DNA of 64,000 nt, taken from contig CAZDMH010000012.1 of assembly GCA_964506755.1 (NCBI GenBank), positions 83,061-147,060 of the forward strand, read 5' to 3'. Below are positions 1 through 10,700 of this stretch, piece after piece. Each line of letters opens with the position of its first letter. Position 1 is the first letter of the stretch. A program made the position numbers and the translations under genes. Under the pieces are notes generated by a model. That model did not search any database. It saw only the letters and a program-made list of their open reading frames with translations, and was not told the origin of the DNA. The DNA is from an uncultured Spirochaetales bacterium (GTDB lineage Bacteria; Spirochaetota; Spirochaetia; DAHUYW01).

Positions 1-554
1 CGAAGCTCGAAGACGGTTTCCGGTCTCGTCAGGTCCTTGAGGCGGTGGCTACCGAGCTCCCTCAGAGAAATCCCTTTCGGAAGGGAATCACGAACAAGCT
101 CTTCGGTCACAAGAGTCAGGATCGTTTGCCCACCGAATGCGAGGGACTGGAGACGAGCGGTCCGATTCAAGCTCGGTCCGAAATAGTCGCTGTCGCGCAC
201 CTCCGCCTCGCCGCTATGCAGAGCGATGCGAACCCGTATCGGGCGAGGCAGATCCCAATGTTCCGCCCGGAGCCCGGTCTGGATGTCAACGGCGGCCTGG
301 ACCGCGTCCGGTGCGGCCGAGAAGGCAGCACAGAACGCATCCCCGATGGTCTTGAATATGTATCCCCGCGCATTCTCGATTGAGTGGCGGAGGATTTCGT
401 CATGGCGCCGAAGAGCCTCACGCATCGCCTCAGTGTGAGACTCCCACAGTTGGGTGCTGCCCTCGACGTCGGAAAAGAGGAAGGTGACCGTGCCGGATGG
501 TTGGGTGCCCGTCTTCTGCCTCCGAATCGACTGAAGGTAGGAATCGACATTCAA
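1..554 (-). CDS. Class III adenylate/guanylate cyclase, N-terminal catalytic (CHD) domain; 3' end lies beyond window start (partial)
   Basis: Not in ORF track because it is open at the window edge. Manual reverse-strand translation from TTG at 554-552 (in-frame TGA at 557-555) gives LNVDSYLQSIRRQKTGTQPSGTVTFLFSDVEGSTQLWESHTEAMREALRRHDEILRHSIENARGYIFKTIGDAFCAAFS...RVRIALHSGEAEVRDSDYFGPSLNRTARLQSLAFGGQTILTLVTEELVRDSLPKGISLRELGSHRLKDL. Metal-binding Asp (FSDVEGST), K-T-I-G-D, R..H.G.A and N-R-T-A-R motifs of nucleotidyl cyclases are intact. Confidence 0.7.
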   Translation of the reverse strand, partial: MNVDSYLQSIRRQKTGTQPSGTVTFLFSDVEGSTQLWESHTEAMREALRRHDEILRHSIENARGYIFKTIGDAFCAAFSAAPDAVQAAVDIQTGLRAEHWDLPRPIRVRIALHSGEAEVRDSDYFGPSLNRTARLQSLAFGGQTILTLVTEELVRDSLPKGISLRELGSHRLKDLTRPETVFEL

Positions 555-728
555 TCAATCTCGGCCCGGGGATCTGAGAAGCGAACTGGAGAGGGCCCAA
601 AGGTACCGCCCGATTGAGAAGCAATCCGTCAGGCAGTCTGAATACCTGACAGGACTATCCCCCTTTTGTGGCCTTAGAAACAATCATAATATCTTTAGCT
701 TCAAAACGCAAATCCCCTGGTCAATCTA

Positions 729-1319
729 CTATAGACTGTCGACGGCCTGTCCTACGGGCCGAATCCGTGGTCGTTGTTTGGTTCTTCGCGCATATCCCAT
801 TCGGGAGAAGAGCCGATCTTTCAGGATGAACTGATGGAACAAAGCTCCGAGAACGTGGAGTCCAACTAGCATGCCGAAAAGGACGAAAACGGCGGCGTGA
901 ATAAAGGGCTCGAAGCCCATCGGCAGGTGAACCCTCCCGCCGACGACCAGTTGAAGAACATGGGACTGCAGTGCAAGGAGGATACCGCTTCCGCCCATCA
1001 GAAGCGTAAATACGTAGAGCAGCCCGTGTGTGGTCCTGGCTATGAAGTCCAGGAACGGACTACCGGTTTTCGCCGGCAACGGCCGCGGCGTCGCGAATCG
1101 GACGATGATTTGGGCAAGTATTAGGGCGAGGAGGGAGATTCCCAGAACCATGTGGAGAGTCAGAGGTGCCACCTTGACGGCCGTATTCGGCCAGAAGTGG
1201 AGGATACCTACGCCGATCAGTGCTTCGCTCAAGATGATTAATGCAATGAGCCAGTGGAGTGTAACTATCAAAGGGCTGTGACGGATTGGGGCCCGCCGGA
1301 TATTCGATTGCTTTTTCAT
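729..1319 (-). CDS. Cytochrome b561 family membrane protein (CybB-like)
   Basis: 196 aa, about 4 TM helices, conserved His pattern (TLHWLIALIIL ... HGLLYVFTLLM ... GLHVLGALFH) typical of b561 di-haem cytochromes. Confidence 0.7.
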   Translation of the reverse strand: MKKQSNIRRAPIRHSPLIVTLHWLIALIILSEALIGVGILHFWPNTAVKVAPLTLHMVLGISLLALILAQIIVRFATPRPLPAKTGSPFLDFIARTTHGLLYVFTLLMGGSGILLALQSHVLQLVVGGRVHLPMGFEPFIHAAVFVLFGMLVGLHVLGALFHQFILKDRLFSRMGYARRTKQRPRIRPVGQAVDSL

Positions 1320-1505
1320 GGACGATAGAGTCGCATCGGATCATGAAAACAGCATGAAGACGAATTTCTCCTGGCGAAATTACCAATTGACGTCTGCCCG
1401 CGCATCGGATAAAATTCCCTTGTGCCGCATAGCTGTGCATAACCTCTCCGACCGAATCACATAAACACCAATAAGTCCAAACGGTATCCAGATCTCGGAG
1501 TAGCC

Positions 1506-4500
1506 ATGGGCAGACTCTACGTAGGAATCGATATTGGATCGATATCACTCAACACCGTCGTCATGAACGAGGATCGGCAGGTCGTCGAGAATCACTATAC
1601 CTACTGTCATGGACGACCATTTCACGAGTTGCTTCAACTTCTCGAAGCGTTGCTCGAACGGCGTTCGGGTGATGTGATCATGACGCCGGTTTTCACCGGA
1701 AGCGGCGGAGGGCTTGCTGCCGGCATCCTTGGCGGCAAGTTCATCAATGAGATCGTAGCTCAGTCCGCTGCCGTCATGGAGCATTACCCGCATGCGCGTT
1801 CGGTTATCGAGATGGGTGGAGAGGACTCGAAGCTCATCTTCCTGTCCGGGGATGGAGAGATCCGCAACTCCGCTCGGCTGCGCGACTTCGCAATGAACAG
1901 CATGTGCGCCGCCGGTACTGGGTCCTTTCTCGATCAGCAGGCAAAACGGATGGGGCTGTCGATCGAGAACGAGTTCGGAGAGCTTGCCCTCAAGTCGGAG
2001 CAACCGCCGCGAATCGCCGGGCGCTGCAGTGTCTTCGCGAAGAGTGACATGATACATCTTCAGCAGATTGCGACGCCGGTACACGACATCGTCGCGGGTC
2101 TTTGCTACGCGGTCGCTCGGAATTTCAAGAGCAATCTGGCGCGGGGTAAGGAGATCGCTGCACCGGTTGTGTTCCAAGGCGGGGTCGCTGCCAACCAGGG
2201 GATGGTGCGGGCCTTCCGCGATCTGCTTGCACTGGTCGACGGACAGTTGATCATACCGGAATACCACGCCTCGATGGGCGCTATTGGAGCCCTGTACCGC
2301 GCAGCCGATCAGGTCGAATCCGAGCTCACCAATCTCACTCCCCTCAAATCCTACCTATCAGAGAGCCCGGGCGAAGGAGAGGCCCTTCCGGCGCTGGCGG
2401 ACCCTCAGACGAGGTTCGAAACCTCGGTCGCGCAGCTTGACGACATGGCGGTCACGCTGGACGTATATTTGGGACTCGACGTGGGAAGTCTCAGCACCAA
2501 TGTCGTTCTCATTGACGATGCCGACAGAGTCATTGCTCGCCGCTATCTGCCGACGGCCTCGCGGCCCCTGGAGGCGATCCGCCGCGGGCTGTCGGAGATT
2601 GCCGAAGAGGTAGGTGAGAGTGTTAGGGTAGTAGGTGCCGGCACGACTGGTTCTGGGCGCTACCTAACCGGAGATTTCGTCGGCGCCGACATCATTCAAA
2701 ACGAGATCACTGCACAGGCGACTGCCGCAATTGCGATCGATCCCTCGGTGGATACGATTTTCGAGATCGGCGGGCAGGACTCGAAATTCATCAGCATCGA
2801 CGACGGGGTGGTCGTCGACTTCGAGATGAACAAGGTATGTGCGGCCGGTACCGGATCATTTCTCGAAGAACAGGCCGAGAAACTGGACATCAACATCGTG
2901 AATGAGTTCGGTTCTATGGCGCTCTGCGCGCCCAAGCCGGTACGTCTCGGCGACCGTTGCACGGTTTTCATGGAATCGGACCTAAACTCTCATCAACAGA
3001 AGGGAGCGACTACGGAAAATCTCGTCGGTGGTCTTGCATATTCAATCGTCTACAACTACATCCAGAAAGTTGTCGGCACCAAGCGCATCGGCGAACGAAT
3101 ATTCTTTCAGGGCGGCGTCGCGAATAATCGGGCAGTCGTCTCGGCGTTCGGGGCTGTAACGGGTAAGAAGATCACCGTGCCTCCCCATTTCGACGTGACC
3201 GGAGCGATCGGGGCGGCCATGCTCGCTCGTCGCGCAATGGTTTCGGGCAGGGCGAACGGAAGACGGGCCAAGAAGACCCGTTTCAAGGGTTTCGACGTCA
3301 GCAAGATTCCCTATTCTCTCACCCGTTTCACCTGCAAGGGGTGTGTGAATCAATGTGAGATTAGGAAGGTCAAGATCGAGGGCGAACGTCGGCCCCTCTA
3401 CTACGGCGGGAGGTGCGAAAAGTGGGAAATCGAGGAGCGCAAACACCGGGACCTCGTAACTCCCAATCTGTTCGAGGAACGGGTCGAGCTGTTGCTCGAC
3501 GGCTACGTTGATACTGCCGAGTCAGCGGAGAACGGGTCGAGGGAAGAGCGTTCTACCGAGCAGCCACGACGTCCGACGGTAGGCATACCCAGGGCGCTCA
3601 TGGTCTTCTACCAGCAGTTCCCTTTCTGGCGGAATTTCTTCGACGAGCTCGGATTCGATGTCGTCCTCTCGCGGCCAACCAACAGGAATCTCGTCTCGAA
3701 GTCGCTCGAGATGCTGACCGCCGAGACCTGCTTCCCGGTCGAGGTCGCATACGGCCATGTGGTCGATCTGCTCGATCGTGGGGTCGACTACGTCTTCCTT
3801 CCGTTCGTCGTCAATGCGCGGGCGTCAGAGGGCAACCCTACCGTCAATTACAACTGCCCGTGGGTCCAGACCTATCCATTTTTGATTCGAGCAGCTCTTC
3901 GAGGACGTGACGGCGCGATATCAAAGCTGTTGACCCCGACACTCCATTTCCGCTATTACGAACACGTATTGCCACGAGACCTCTGCGACTTCATGGGCCG
4001 GCAATTCGAGTTGTCCCGCGAGAGAGTCCTCAAGGCGTTCGAGCGAGCCGGTACGGCGCAGACGGCGTTTGAACGCCGAATTGCCGAACGTGGCAGGGAG
4101 GTTCTCCGGACGCTGCCCGCAGACAAGACTCCTCTGGTGATACTCGGTCGTCCCTACAACACCGGCGACCCCCACCTGAACCTATCGCTCGTCGAGAAGC
4201 TGATTGGCATGGGTGTCTACCCGATTCCGATCGACTACCTGCCGCTCGAAAAAGAGGACATCTTTCGAGATTACTACATGATGTATTGGCCGAACGGGCA
4301 AAAGATCCTGGCTGCGGTGCGCATCATCGCACGAGACGACAGGCTCAACGCGGTCTATCTCGGCAACTTCCGTTGCGGGCCCGATTCGTTCTTGTCACAC
4401 TACGTACGAGAGGAGCTTTCCGGAAAGCCCTATCTCCAGCTCGAGGTGGACGAGCACTCGGCCGACGCAGGGATGATCACGCGTTGCGAGGCGTTCCTCG

Positions 4501-5816
4501 ACAGCCTGCACAGCCGTACGGAGTCGATTGGGCGAGGCGTCGAGGGCCGAGGAAGCGGTCCCGGCAAGCGGCACGACTACGTGATGCCCGCCCGCGGGAG
4601 CTCGCACCGTGTGCTCTATTTCCCCTTCATGAGCGACGGCGCCTATGCGCTTGCAGCGGCGTCGAGGAGCTGCGGTCTCGACGCGCACGTCCTGCCGATG
4701 CAGGACGGAGAGGATCTCGAGCTTGCTCGCAGGTACACCTCGGCGAAAGAGTGCTTTCCGATGATATGCACTCTCGGCAGCTTTTTGAAGAAGATGCGTG
4801 AGCCGGGATTTCAACCGGAAAAGACCGCATTCTTCATGCCCGATCACGCCGGTCCGTGCAGGTTCGGTCAGTACAACAAGCTTCAGAGAATCGTTTTCGA
4901 TCGTGTCGGGTATCCCGAGGTCGAGATTGTTGCGCCGAGCAATGAGGACGCCTACGCGGGACTATCCGGGGGCCACGGCAATCGATTTCGCCTGGCAGCG
5001 TTGAAGGGTATCTACGCGGTCGATCTGCTGCGCAAGTTGCAGCAGCAACGCAGGCCCTACGAGGCGGTCCGGGGAGAAACCGATAGGGTCTACCGTGAGG
5101 CGCTCGCACGGATCGTCGCCTCGACTGAACGGGGGGCGGGCGACATTCGCAAGGTGCTGCGAGAGGCGGCCGAGGAGTTCACCGCGATTCCGCTCGTCGA
5201 CGGACCGCGCAAGCCGATCATCGCCATCGTTGGAGAGATCTTCATGCGCGACAACCCCTACTGCAGCGGATTTCTCGTCGAACGTCTCGAGCGGTTGGGC
5301 GCCGAGACCCTCATGTCGCCGTTCATCGAATGGATGACCTACTCGACCCTTCGTTACACCCGAGATAGCCTCTGGAAACGTGACGCGATGGGATATCTCC
5401 GTTCGAAAATCCAGAGCCTTTTCACCCACGCTATTGTCAACAGGCTCACTTCGACCGTGGAATCCGCATTCGATTCAAGAATGCACGTTACGGTCGAACA
5501 GATGCTCGACAGCTGCGAGCCCTACATTCATCGTGACTACGACGGTGATCCGGCGGTGGCAATTGGTACAGCCAGACTCCTCGCAAACGCAGGCATCTCC
5601 GGTGTCGCACATATCATGCCGTTCACCTGTCTCCCGGGCTCCGTAGTTGCAGGCGTCAGCGGCTCATTCCGAAGCGATCACCGCGAGATCCCGTGGGTCA
5701 ACATCGACTTTGACGGTCAGGAGGACACCGGCATCGAGACGAGGCTCCAGGCCTTCATGTATCAGGCGGCCGAGTACCAGCGTCAATGGCGAAAGGATCC
5801 GGTGGCTCTCGAATAG
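1506..5816 (+). CDS. Acyl-CoA dehydratase activase-related fusion protein: two tandem HgdC/BadF/BcrAD-type ATPase (activase) domains + C-terminal HgdB/DUF2229-like domain
   Basis: 1436 aa. Domain 1 begins MGRLYVGIDIGSISLNTVV with AAGTGSFLD; domain 2 begins LGLDVGSLSTNVVLID with AAGTGSFLE. Both carry acetate/sugar-kinase-fold glycine loops and the CAAGTGSF motif of (R)-2-hydroxyacyl-CoA dehydratase activators. The C-terminal ~800 aa resembles D-component / 'CoA enzyme activase uncharacterised' domains. Confidence 0.8.
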   Translation: MGRLYVGIDIGSISLNTVVMNEDRQVVENHYTYCHGRPFHELLQLLEALLERRSGDVIMTPVFTGSGGGLAAGILGGKFINEIVAQSAAVMEHYPHARSVIEMGGEDSKLIFLSGDGEIRNSARLRDFAMNSMCAAGTGSFLDQQAKRMGLSIENEFGELALKSEQPPRIAGRCSVFAKSDMIHLQQIATPVHDIVAGLCYAVARNFKSNLARGKEIAAPVVFQGGVAANQGMVRAFRDLLALVDGQLIIPEYHASMGAIGALYRAADQVESELTNLTPLKSYLSESPGEGEALPALADPQTRFETSVAQLDDMAVTLDVYLGLDVGSLSTNVVLIDDADRVIARRYLPTASRPLEAIRRGLSEIAEEVGESVRVVGAGTTGSGRYLTGDFVGADIIQNEITAQATAAIAIDPSVDTIFEIGGQDSKFISIDDGVVVDFEMNKVCAAGTGSFLEEQAEKLDINIVNEFGSMALCAPKPVRLGDRCTVFMESDLNSHQQKGATTENLVGGLAYSIVYNYIQKVVGTKRIGERIFFQGGVANNRAVVSAFGAVTGKKITVPPHFDVTGAIGAAMLARRAMVSGRANGRRAKKTRFKGFDVSKIPYSLTRFTCKGCVNQCEIRKVKIEGERRPLYYGGRCEKWEIEERKHRDLVTPNLFEERVELLLDGYVDTAESAENGSREERSTEQPRRPTVGIPRALMVFYQQFPFWRNFFDELGFDVVLSRPTNRNLVSKSLEMLTAETCFPVEVAYGHVVDLLDRGVDYVFLPFVVNARASEGNPTVNYNCPWVQTYPFLIRAALRGRDGAISKLLTPTLHFRYYEHVLPRDLCDFMGRQFELSRERVLKAFERAGTAQTAFERRIAERGREVLRTLPADKTPLVILGRPYNTGDPHLNLSLVEKLIGMGVYPIPIDYLPLEKEDIFRDYYMMYWPNGQKILAAVRIIARDDRLNAVYLGNFRCGPDSFLSHYVREELSGKPYLQLEVDEHSADAGMITRCEAFLDSLHSRTESIGRGVEGRGSGPGKRHDYVMPARGSSHRVLYFPFMSDGAYALAAASRSCGLDAHVLPMQDGEDLELARRYTSAKECFPMICTLGSFLKKMREPGFQPEKTAFFMPDHAGPCRFGQYNKLQRIVFDRVGYPEVEIVAPSNEDAYAGLSGGHGNRFRLAALKGIYAVDLLRKLQQQRRPYEAVRGETDRVYREALARIVASTERGAGDIRKVLREAAEEFTAIPLVDGPRKPIIAIVGEIFMRDNPYCSGFLVERLERLGAETLMSPFIEWMTYSTLRYTRDSLWKRDAMGYLRSKIQSLFTHAIVNRLTSTVESAFDSRMHVTVEQMLDSCEPYIHRDYDGDPAVAIGTARLLANAGISGVAHIMPFTCLPGSVVAGVSGSFRSDHREIPWVNIDFDGQEDTGIETRLQAFMYQAAEYQRQWRKDPVALE

Positions 5817-5886
5817 CGCACGAACGGAAGATCTGCAAACACTGTTCGAAATCGATCTCGGCGACTACACTGGTTCATTGTAGAGC

Positions 5887-7191
5887 TTGGAGTCGCATTT
5901 GCCGAACAAATATCACTCTTCTGAACGAATAGCCACCCGGGCGATTGGACCGGTGGCCGTCGCCGTCTTTCTTGGAGGAATCGGAGGCGGGATCGCGTTC
6001 CCTATCCTGCCTCTCCTCGGCATTCGTCTCGGCTTGTCCGGGCTACTGGTCGGCTTCATCCTCTCAGCCAACCGCATCACGCGGCTTGGGATGAATCCGA
6101 TAACCGGAAGCTGGATCGACCGAGTGGGCGGCAAACGACCGTTGGCCATCGGCCTGCTCATCGAGGCGATTTCCACTGCCACCTTCAGCATCGCGCTGCA
6201 TACCTCCATCCCAGGCTGGCTTCTCCTTGCCGGCCGTGCAGTCTGGGGGATCGGTTCCTCGATGTTGATCGTCGGTGGGGTTACCCTCGCGCTCAACCTT
6301 TCCGACGAACGGACAAGAGGCCGGAGCACAGCCGCGGTGCGAATGGCTATGAGCCTCGGAATGCCGGCCGGATTGCTCGCCGGGGGAATCATTGCCGGAG
6401 TATGGTCCGACGACGCCGCGTTTTTGGCGGCCACCGCCTGCGCGCTCATCGCTGCCGCCCTCAGTTGGATTCTTGTACCTGACGCAATGGTCTCGAGAGC
6501 GGAGGGAACCTCCGGTCGGCCGGCGGCTCGGGGCATCGGCCAGAGACTTCGCGAGGAGCTGCGTATCGTCGTACATGCGGACGGGCGAATCAAGATGGTA
6601 TGGCTCACGAACCTCCTCGTTTTTTTCTCTATTCAGGGAACGCTGCTTGCAACCCTCGTATTGGTAATCAATCATCGTCGGCTGACGATGCTCGGTTTCG
6701 GAGTCCAAACCGTCGCAGGGGTCCTCATGGCGGTTATGATCCTGAGCTCTGCCCTAATGACCGTGTTTGTGGGTCGCACCCTCGACCGTATCCCGTCGCG
6801 GGTTCTCGTATCGCTCCCCTCCATCATTGCTGCGGCGGTTGGGTTCGCGCTGCTTGCGATGAGCCGTTCGATGCTTCCGGCTGTGATAGCCCTCGTCACG
6901 ATCGGAGTCGGAATGGGAGGGACCTCAATTCCCTTGCTGACACTGCTCGGTGATCTGACCCCTCCCGGGAATCGTGGTCATACCGTCGGAATCTATCAAT
7001 TCTTCGGTGATATAGGTGGTAGTCTGGGACCTATTGCCGGGGTGGAGCTGACCGGTCGAATAGGATTCGAGAGCGTCTACCTAAGTGTCGCCGCTTTGTT
7101 GTTGGTCATAGTGTTCCTCCTCATTCGCCTGAGATCGGCGGAACGCCCGTCGAGCGCTGTCGCGGCGCAAGAGCTCGATTCGGCCAATTGA
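5887..7191 (+). CDS. MFS transporter
   Basis: 434 aa, about 12 predicted TM helices with Gly-rich loops; TTG start as listed and the start is uncertain. Confidence 0.65.
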   Translation: MESHLPNKYHSSERIATRAIGPVAVAVFLGGIGGGIAFPILPLLGIRLGLSGLLVGFILSANRITRLGMNPITGSWIDRVGGKRPLAIGLLIEAISTATFSIALHTSIPGWLLLAGRAVWGIGSSMLIVGGVTLALNLSDERTRGRSTAAVRMAMSLGMPAGLLAGGIIAGVWSDDAAFLAATACALIAAALSWILVPDAMVSRAEGTSGRPAARGIGQRLREELRIVVHADGRIKMVWLTNLLVFFSIQGTLLATLVLVINHRRLTMLGFGVQTVAGVLMAVMILSSALMTVFVGRTLDRIPSRVLVSLPSIIAAAVGFALLAMSRSMLPAVIALVTIGVGMGGTSIPLLTLLGDLTPPGNRGHTVGIYQFFGDIGGSLGPIAGVELTGRIGFESVYLSVAALLLVIVFLLIRLRSAERPSSAVAAQELDSAN

Positions 7192-7306
7192 GGCAGCCGC
7201 GCGCTCGGACGATCGTGGCGAAACCGGATCTCGTCTTGACCGTTCATCTCGCTGAGGACTATCTTTTCTACGGCTATTAATCACTTTTCGAGATATTGGA
7301 GGCAAG

Positions 7307-7759
7307 ATGGCGAAAGTGGCCATTGGGTGCGATCCGAACGCTGTGGATTTGAAGGAGGTTCTCAAGAGGCACCTCGTGGAGCTCGGACACGAAGTGGAGG
7401 ACTTCGGGAGCGACGATCCCATTTATGCAAACACTGCAATCCGCGTTGCCGAAGCTGTGGCATCCGGGAAGCACAATCGCGGAGTTCTTCTCTGCGGTAC
7501 CGGCATCGGTGTGAGCATCAGTGCAAACAAAGTGGCGGGCGCCTACGCCGCCCTCGTGGCCGACCCCTACTCGGCGGAACGAGCGCAGAAAAGCAACAAC
7601 GCAAACATCATCTGTATGGGTGCGCAGACCACCGGCGCGGAGGTGGCCAAGTACCTGCTCTCGATCTTCATGGGAAGCGAGTATTCACCCGGCGGACGGT
7701 CAGAACCAAAGATACGAAGGATATACGACTACGAGCGAGAACACGCCGAAAGACCGTGA
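7307..7759 (+). CDS. rpiB: Ribose-5-phosphate isomerase B (RpiB/LacAB family)
   Basis: 150 aa; KVAIGCDPNAV ... LLCGTGIGVSISANK ... match the RpiB family; GGAGG located 4 nt upstream of ATG. Confidence 0.8.
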   Translation: MAKVAIGCDPNAVDLKEVLKRHLVELGHEVEDFGSDDPIYANTAIRVAEAVASGKHNRGVLLCGTGIGVSISANKVAGAYAALVADPYSAERAQKSNNANIICMGAQTTGAEVAKYLLSIFMGSEYSPGGRSEPKIRRIYDYEREHAERP

Positions 7760-7788
7760 ACTGCAACTCGGGTGACCGGAGGTAAAAA

Positions 7789-10700
7789 TTGGATTTGATG
7801 ACGGCCAGCTACGACAAGGAGAGTGAGCTGACGGAGGCGTTGGAGTCGATTGCCTCGGCGTCGGGGGCTGACGAGGACTTCTTGCGGCGTACCTTCGAAC
7901 GAGTGCGCGAGCGAGCTCGCCTGGCTGCGACAACCATCTTTCTGCGAATGCGGTGGCTCCTCAGCCGTACAAACGAAGACGTCGACGACACCGAGAAGCT
8001 TGATTTGCTCGGAAGATTCCCGAATATGACGGTCGAAGAGCTCGCAGACAACATCGCTTACCCCAAGAAGACGGTTTTCGATTTCGTTGTCTCGTCCTCC
8101 TCTGTCAGTCGCGAGATGCTCGAGAAGATCTATGCGACGATGCTGACGAGCAGCACCGATTCCACGGGTCTGCCGGATCTCTCCGAAGAACGAATGCTGC
8201 AGGAGATTAAATGGTGGGTTCTCGATCTTGATTTTCCGGAATACTACTTCAAGACCACCCCTCCCGAAGAGATAGCTCACCAAATCCTCGTCAATCGGTT
8301 CCACGAGATTCAGGGGCGCGATTCCGAGTCCTATCGCAACATGAAGATCTCCTACACTTCACCCTCCGGGACGGTCATCCACTGGGTACACAGTCAGGCG
8401 AAGTTCGTCGAGGTCGAGCAGGAGATCGAGCAAGACTACTACCGGAGCGGGCTCGCCCACGATGTGGCAGTCTATGCCCACGGAGGCCTCTATCTCTACA
8501 TCGTCCAGGAAAGCGAGACGGAACCACAATCTGACGACTTTGCGGCGTCTGCCCCGAAATCCTTCTTTCAGAGAAACAGCAACGAACGGCTGGCTCGGTA
8601 TCGGAACGCATGGGAGGCGATTCGGAGGAGCGGGAGCTTCCACATCGAACACACGCGCAAGACGGAGACCGGCGAGTACCGAGTAATGGTCGGATTCCCG
8701 GCTCGGGTAATCAACCATTTCATGGCGAATCTTTCGCGTGTCATGACCCGGGCAGGAATTAAGGTCCGTCGAAAGTACACGGTGGCTTTCTCCGGGGCAT
8801 ACCCGATGATCATTTCTTCATTTTACGCTCGCGAGCCTTTCCCCGAAGACCTACTCTCTCGGATCGTGGAGATCGGGTTGTATCCCGACACTCGCCTTGC
8901 CCGCCTCACCGAGGCAGGGGTCATCACCCCGGCCGAAACCAATTTCGTGCACGCGGTCATCGGCTACGTGCACACCTTCATAGCCGCGAACGACCCCAAC
9001 ATCGCCTATCTCGAGGAACGTTTCCCCGACCACAGCGGCCTTCGAGATCTCTTCGTCTCGGTCAAACGCCGGATGGCCAAGGATCTCTACACTGTCGACA
9101 AGATCGCCGAGACCTTCAACGAGAATCCGGGGATTGCCAAGAGACTCTATGCGCTGTTCCGAATGAAGCTCGATCCGGCAAGCACCGATTCGGAGGACAA
9201 GCTCGGGCGGGCGATGAACGCGTTCGAACAAGAGCTCGAGTCACTTGTGCTTTCTCACGACAGCATCGATATCGTGGAATGTGCGCTCACGTTCGTTCGA
9301 AACACCATCCGCACGAACTTCTTCCTGCCCGTCAAAACCGCACTGGTGTTTCGTCTGGATCCGGGCTTTCTCGCCAGAACCGATTTTGGACGGGCACCCT
9401 ACGGTGTGTTCTACGTGAGAGGCAGGGACTTCACCGGTTTTCAAGTTCGCTTCGGCGACATCGCCCGCGGCGGAATTCGAATACTCCGATCGGCGAACTT
9501 CGATTCCTATCGGGCCAACGCAAACTCGTTGTTCGAGGAGTGCTACAATCTCGCTGCAACGCAGGACAATAAGAACAAGGACATTCCCGAAAAGGGAGCC
9601 AAGGGGGTCATCCTTCCCGACTTCGGCAAGGACGACGAAGAGGGCCGTGCCGATGCGTTTCGAAAATACATCGACGCATTGTTGGATGTTCTCCTTCCGA
9701 GCAACAGGGACTTCATTCGAGGCTACGAGGAGGAAATTCTGTTTCTTGGTCCCGATGAAGGCACCGCCGAGTTGATGAGCTGGGCCTGCGAGCGCTCTCG
9801 CGACCGGGGCTATCGATACTGGAAGGCCTTTACCACTGGAAAGCACTCCCGTCTCGGAGGAATATCGCACGTCGACTACGCCATGACCACGAACGGCGTC
9901 CACCGCTACGTCCTTGGCATTCTCGCTTCGCTCGATGCTCGAGAGGATTCGATTACGAAGCTTCAAACCGGCGGTCCGGACGGGGACCTCGGCGGTAACG
10001 AAATCCTCGTCTCGTGCGACAAGACCGTGTGCGTGGTCGATGGAGGCGGCGTTGCCTACGATCCCGCCGGTCTCGACCGCAACGAGCTCGAATCGCTTGC
10101 CCGGCGACGCGTGGATATTTCACACTTCGACCCGCGGCGTCTCGGCAGGAACGGCTTCCTGGTCAAGGTGGACGACCGCGACGTCGAGCTCCCTGACGGG
10201 ACCGTCGTTCAGTCGGGGTTGACCTTCAGAAACGGCTTTCACCTTTCCAAGTGGATGAAAGCGGACCTCTTCGTGCCGTGCGGGGGCCGGCCGAAATCGA
10301 TAAACAGCACCAACTGGGAGCATTTGCTCGACGAGAAAGGGGTGCCGCGAATACGCTGGATCGTCGAAGGGGCAAATCTCTTCATCACTCAGGAAGCCAG
10401 GCTCAAGCTCGAGGAGAAGGGGGTAATCCTCTTCAAGGACTCCAGTACGAACAAGGGGGGTGTCACCTCATCCTCCTACGAGGTGCTTGCCGGCCTCGCT
10501 CTGTCCGACGATCAGTTCGTTCGAGATATGTGCGCCGGCCCCGATTCATCTGAGCCCAAAAACGGCGAGCCACCATTCAGAGAACGTTACATTCGAGACA
10601 TCGTGGAGCGCATCAAAGAGAACGCGGACGCGGAGTTTTCCATTCTCTGGAAGACGAGCCGAGAGAACGGCCGACCGCTGTCCGGGCTCTCGGATGAATT

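Noticed and set aside
1545-2267. 240-aa minus ORF and other antisense ORFs across the activase-fusion gene (also 9241-9966 in the GDH gene; 27257-27934 in the UPF0182 gene; 29589-30245 and 30774-31397 in the BNR gene; 20919-21524 in the coiled-coil gene; 5913-6708 in the MFS gene)
   Set aside because: All lie antisense or off-frame to genes with strong domain evidence, have GC-skewed low-complexity compositions, and carry no SD or domain signal.
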